64,000 bases of DNA, taken from the NCBI GenBank assembly GCA_043719805.1, contig JAYSTI010000001.1, positions 80,230 through 144,229 on the forward strand, read 5' to 3'. A program made the position numbers and the translations under genes. Below, in pieces: positions 60,615-64,000 of this stretch. Below the pieces are notes generated by a model, which saw only the letters and a list, made by a program, of their open reading frames with translations, ran no database searches and was not told the origin of the DNA. How positions within the stretch are numbered: position 1 is the stretch's first letter; every line of letters begins with the position of its first letter. The DNA comes from Candidatus Lloydbacteria bacterium. GTDB lineage: Bacteria > Patescibacteriota > Minisyncoccia > Phycocordibacterales > UBA6899.

Positions 60615-61196
60615 ATGAACTACAAACACGTTCTCATCTCCCTCGCCCTCGCAATTCCGTCTCTGGGATTTGCAGGAGACAAGTGCAACTACACACCATC
60701 CGCACAGAAATACTGGAATACTCAATTGTCCGCACTCATAGTGCACGGCAAGAAGGCATTCTTGGCAGGCGACTACATTGATGTGAAGTTCGTGCTTGCC
60801 GTGTCAAAGGCGGCCATCACGGTGAGCTGTCTTTCGAAGCCACGGAAGGATTTCTTGGCTCTTGCGGAAGCAATGGCAACGGTCGACATGGAAACCACGA
60901 TGCTCGATGCGGCCAAGCTCATTGCCAAAAGTGACTACCGCTTAGCGCATGAGAAACTTGAAGACGTCGCGTATCTCGCAACCGAGCACGGCCTCAAGAC
61001 CCCTGAGGGGCAGCCGGTTCTTCTTCGCACTGCGAACGAGGGACTCATCACTCTCTATTTCATGCGGCTCGACAGGGACGTTGCGGATGAAGTGATTACC
61101 GAGGAAAAAGCTCTGCTGCATGAGAAAGATGCATGCATACGCGCTATTCCCGCCCTAAAAGTCCCAACACCAGAGCGGTGCCGGAAGTATCAATAA
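60615..61196 (+). CDS. Hypothetical secreted protein
   Basis: Signal peptide MNYKHVLISLALAIPSLGFA; four Cys. Confidence 0.65.
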   Translation: MNYKHVLISLALAIPSLGFAGDKCNYTPSAQKYWNTQLSALIVHGKKAFLAGDYIDVKFVLAVSKAAITVSCLSKPRKDFLALAEAMATVDMETTMLDAAKLIAKSDYRLAHEKLEDVAYLATEHGLKTPEGQPVLLRTANEGLITLYFMRLDRDVADEVITEEKALLHEKDACIRAIPALKVPTPERCRKYQ

Positions 61197-61231
61197 GTCC
61201 GCCGACCGCAGACAGTATGTTTGCGGTTTTA

Positions 61232-62593
61232 TTATTTCACAACGGGAAATGAAACGATGAAGTCTGTCCCCTTGCCTTGGATCGACTCTACCGAAATAGT
61301 GCCATGCATTGAACGCACTATCTCCTGTGTAATCCACAATCCGAGTCCTGTGCCGGTTATGGTTTTCGTATCATCGTTTTTTACCCTAAAGAACTTCTGA
61401 AATAATCTCTTTTGGTCTTCCGCGGATATTCCCATTCCCGTATCAGAGATGCGAACATTGACGCGACCATCGGCCACATTCGTGAGTACGCGCACTTCGC
61501 CCGACGGCGTATACTTGATGGCGTTCGCGACAAAATTGACCATGACCTGACGAAACCGATCAAGGTCGACCTCGACCTTCGGCAACTCCACGGGCACATA
61601 CGTGAGCGTTAATCCTTTATCTGTCGCCGGTCGCGCAAATGACTCCACTATTGAAGTAATCTCGGGGACAACATCCACCCATGCCAGCACAAAGGACATT
61701 CTTCCTTCTTGGAGCTTCGCTACATCCAAAATATCACCAATAAGAGAGTTCAGCTGTGTCGCGGCATGATCGATATTCCCGAGTTGAGTCTTTCCTTTTT
61801 CGGTCAACTCCTCGGATTCACCAATCATTTCCGTATAGCCACGAATGATAGTGAGGGGCGAACGAAGTTCGTGTGCCGCCATCGAAACAAAATCGTCTTT
61901 CATTTTGTCTACCTCTTTCAGTCGCTGATATAGACTTGCGTAGTCGATGATGCGCGCCTGGCGTGCGAGCAGTACGACAATGAGTGCGATGATCAGAATG
62001 AGCACAAGATATGCATTCTGTATATTCTTTCGTGCAACCGTGTCTGCTTCCGCCATCGACAAATCCGTCAGTAAATATGCAGCCACTTGGTCCGTATCGG
62101 TACCGACTATCGCACGCGCACTTCTCCAGTAGCGCGCGCCTCCCAAAAAGAACTCTGCGGCATATGATTTATGTTCAGGGTCACCGTTCGTAGAGTTAAG
62201 GAGCGCCATCGAAAGAGCATCAAAGCGGATCGTCGTTCCAGTCGCAATATCGGAAAGTGAGGCGAGAACTGGATATGCTCCGCCGGTCGGTTGACCCAGC
62301 AAATCAAAAGTGACCATTGTTTCGTTTTTGCTTGCAATCGCACGCATCTGCTGCTCTAAATACTTCTCATCATTCGTACGCTCTGAGGCAAAAAGAGCAA
62401 AGGAGTCCTGCAGGAGCCCGATACGACTTCGTTCAAGGCGGTCCTGATTGTCTCTGGCAACTCGGAGAAACTTTTCGCTCGTGAAGAAGAACGCAAGCGG
62501 AATGACCACAACAAGAAAAAGTGTATATATAATCTGCGGATTATTTTGCACAAAACGCAACCCGCGCCCTACGGTAGTAAATTGTTTTTCCAT
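61232..62593 (-). CDS. Membrane sensor histidine kinase
   Basis: Two TMs; AHELRSPLT, NAIKYT, DTGMGI, GTGLGL. Confidence 0.93.
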   Translation of the reverse strand: MEKQFTTVGRGLRFVQNNPQIIYTLFLVVVIPLAFFFTSEKFLRVARDNQDRLERSRIGLLQDSFALFASERTNDEKYLEQQMRAIASKNETMVTFDLLGQPTGGAYPVLASLSDIATGTTIRFDALSMALLNSTNGDPEHKSYAAEFFLGGARYWRSARAIVGTDTDQVAAYLLTDLSMAEADTVARKNIQNAYLVLILIIALIVVLLARQARIIDYASLYQRLKEVDKMKDDFVSMAAHELRSPLTIIRGYTEMIGESEELTEKGKTQLGNIDHAATQLNSLIGDILDVAKLQEGRMSFVLAWVDVVPEITSIVESFARPATDKGLTLTYVPVELPKVEVDLDRFRQVMVNFVANAIKYTPSGEVRVLTNVADGRVNVRISDTGMGISAEDQKRLFQKFFRVKNDDTKTITGTGLGLWITQEIVRSMHGTISVESIQGKGTDFIVSFPVVK

Positions 62594-62596
62594 AAA

Positions 62597-64000
62597 TCAG
62601 ATGTCAGCAAGATTCATGTCAGAACCTTTTTTTCGTTTCATAATAAAACCAATGATGGAGAATGAGAATCCCAAGACACCAATGACGACAGCAATCATTG
62701 CGTAGAGCGACGCACCTCGCCAGCTTCGGATATCCGTCACCCCCGACTCCGCTGGGACTCCACTGACTGATACGGCGGCAGACTCTTTCAGGAATGCAAG
62801 CGGTTCCGATTTTGCGATGATGCGTCCACCCACGTCAGTGATTGCACCATAAACATGATGCGTGCCGTCAAGAAGATTCTTGTCGAGAATGTATGCCCAC
62901 GCGCCCCGAGCGTCTGCCTTTACCGTCACCACAATGGGGTCTGAAAAAATATACACGGTGACAAAGCTATTCGCCGGTGCCAGACCTTCGATTTTCAATT
63001 TCTTTATTGTTGTTGAGCCAGACTCACTCGTGCCGAGTTCCGCAACGATGACATCGCGAACAGTAAGAAGTGTCGATTCCAATATTCCCGCGATTATCGG
63101 ATTCTCATGTCGGACGGATTCATCGCTAAATATTTCCAATGCATCGACGCTACTTCCGACCGAAGACGTCGCAACGAGGAGCCTCTCCCCTCCTCGCGGA
63201 TTTGTACGGGCAAGCAATTCTGCACCATCAGGGAAGCCGTCGCCGTCGGTGTCTACTCTATCCGGGTCGGTTCCGTAGATATTCACTTCATCATAGTCCG
63301 TCACACCGTCACCGTCCGAGTCGATGAACACTCTTGCGCCAACTCGTTCGGTAAAAATCTTCATCTCCTCTTCACGGGAACGGGTGATACTTGCCTTCAT
63401 GGCAAGGAGCGCATCCGATCTACCCATATCATTTCGGACCAATGCCTTCGTGCACACTTCGGCATGTGCCATATCCGCGCAATACTGCCTAAACTCTTCG
63501 GGGCTACGTATCAACTCCGGTATGTCTTTGGAGCGGCGATCTGTGTCGCCGAGTAACAGAGCGATGCGCGCGGAGTCAACGCCGTCGAGAAGCGACTGCC
63601 CTCCCGAAAAAAGTGTGGCGCGTGAGTGCCGCACGTAGGTTATGCATTGATTATTTACGTTAGGAAGATTATTGCAATAGATGTGGCATTCTTCTTCATT
63701 TGTGCATGAGGCCGGATCGGAAACTCGGTCGATGATTGCCCTTTTTTCCTCCGGAGAAACACGTACGCTGGTCGAAAGTGCGCCTCCACTATAAGTCGGG
63801 GTTGCAAGTCCGATGTTGTCCTTCATTGCGGCAACAACGTGCCGCACCTCCACACTCATTCGCTCCGACAATATTTCTTTTTTATTCATCCCCACCGCAG
63901 TAGCAAATATTTTATATACTCCGCCCGGAGATCTTCCCATGTCATATTCGTATGTCCAAACATCCACTCCATCCTTTGATAACAAATCATCTTTTTCAGC
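62597..64000 (-). CDS. Large surface protein with DxDGDG Ca-binding repeats, Ig-like domain and C-terminal TM (5'-truncated by window end)
   Basis: DSDGDGVTDYDE, DTDGDGFPDGAE, FSDPIVVTVKADARGAW, terminal TM. Confidence 0.8.
   Translation of the reverse strand, partial: AEKDDLLSKDGVDVWTYEYDMGRSPGGVYKIFATAVGMNKKEILSERMSVEVRHVVAAMKDNIGLATPTYSGGALSTSVRVSPEEKRAIIDRVSDPASCTNEEECHIYCNNLPNVNNQCITYVRHSRATLFSGGQSLLDGVDSARIALLLGDTDRRSKDIPELIRSPEEFRQYCADMAHAEVCTKALVRNDMGRSDALLAMKASITRSREEEMKIFTERVGARVFIDSDGDGVTDYDEVNIYGTDPDRVDTDGDGFPDGAELLARTNPRGGERLLVATSSVGSSVDALEIFSDESVRHENPIIAGILESTLLTVRDVIVAELGTSESGSTTIKKLKIEGLAPANSFVTVYIFSDPIVVTVKADARGAWAYILDKNLLDGTHHVYGAITDVGGRIIAKSEPLAFLKESAAVSVSGVPAESGVTDIRSWRGASLYAMIAVVIGVLGFSFSIIGFIMKRKKGSDMNLADI

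Overview
This is a 64-kb stretch of a small-genome bacterial chromosome. Gene content and form (hinge-less SMC, NusB-NUDIX fusion, short PheS/PheT/EF-Ts, apparently leaderless housekeeping genes, many orphan ORFs) suggest Patescibacteria/CPR, probably Parcubacteria; this assignment is an inference. Housekeeping genes (khpA, rpsP, rnr, smc, rnc, nusB, rpmF, rnhB, dnaE, thrS, gyrB, pheST, tsf, rpsB, prfA, rpmE, rplY, fba, tRNA-Thr) alternate with small, self-contained orphan gene cassettes. The strongest unexplained signal is a dispersed family of ~120-130-nt imperfect palindromes resembling ERIC/RPE elements. It has at least 8 copies plus a partial one, in both orientations, with compensatory base changes. 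One copy is inserted in frame in dnaE (43 codons), several begin at stop codons, and one carries two nested copies of a second ~56-nt mini-element. Other highlights: a thrS T-box riboswitch with an apparently ultra-short Stem I; a RelBE-type mini-island bounded by a divergent duplicate of the prfA 3' end; a GC-rich flotillin/lipoprotein module whose two transcription units share duplicated structured leaders and terminators; and tandem arrays of divergent small paralogs. No CRISPR array, integrase or transposase was seen. All calls are by eye; no database searches were run.
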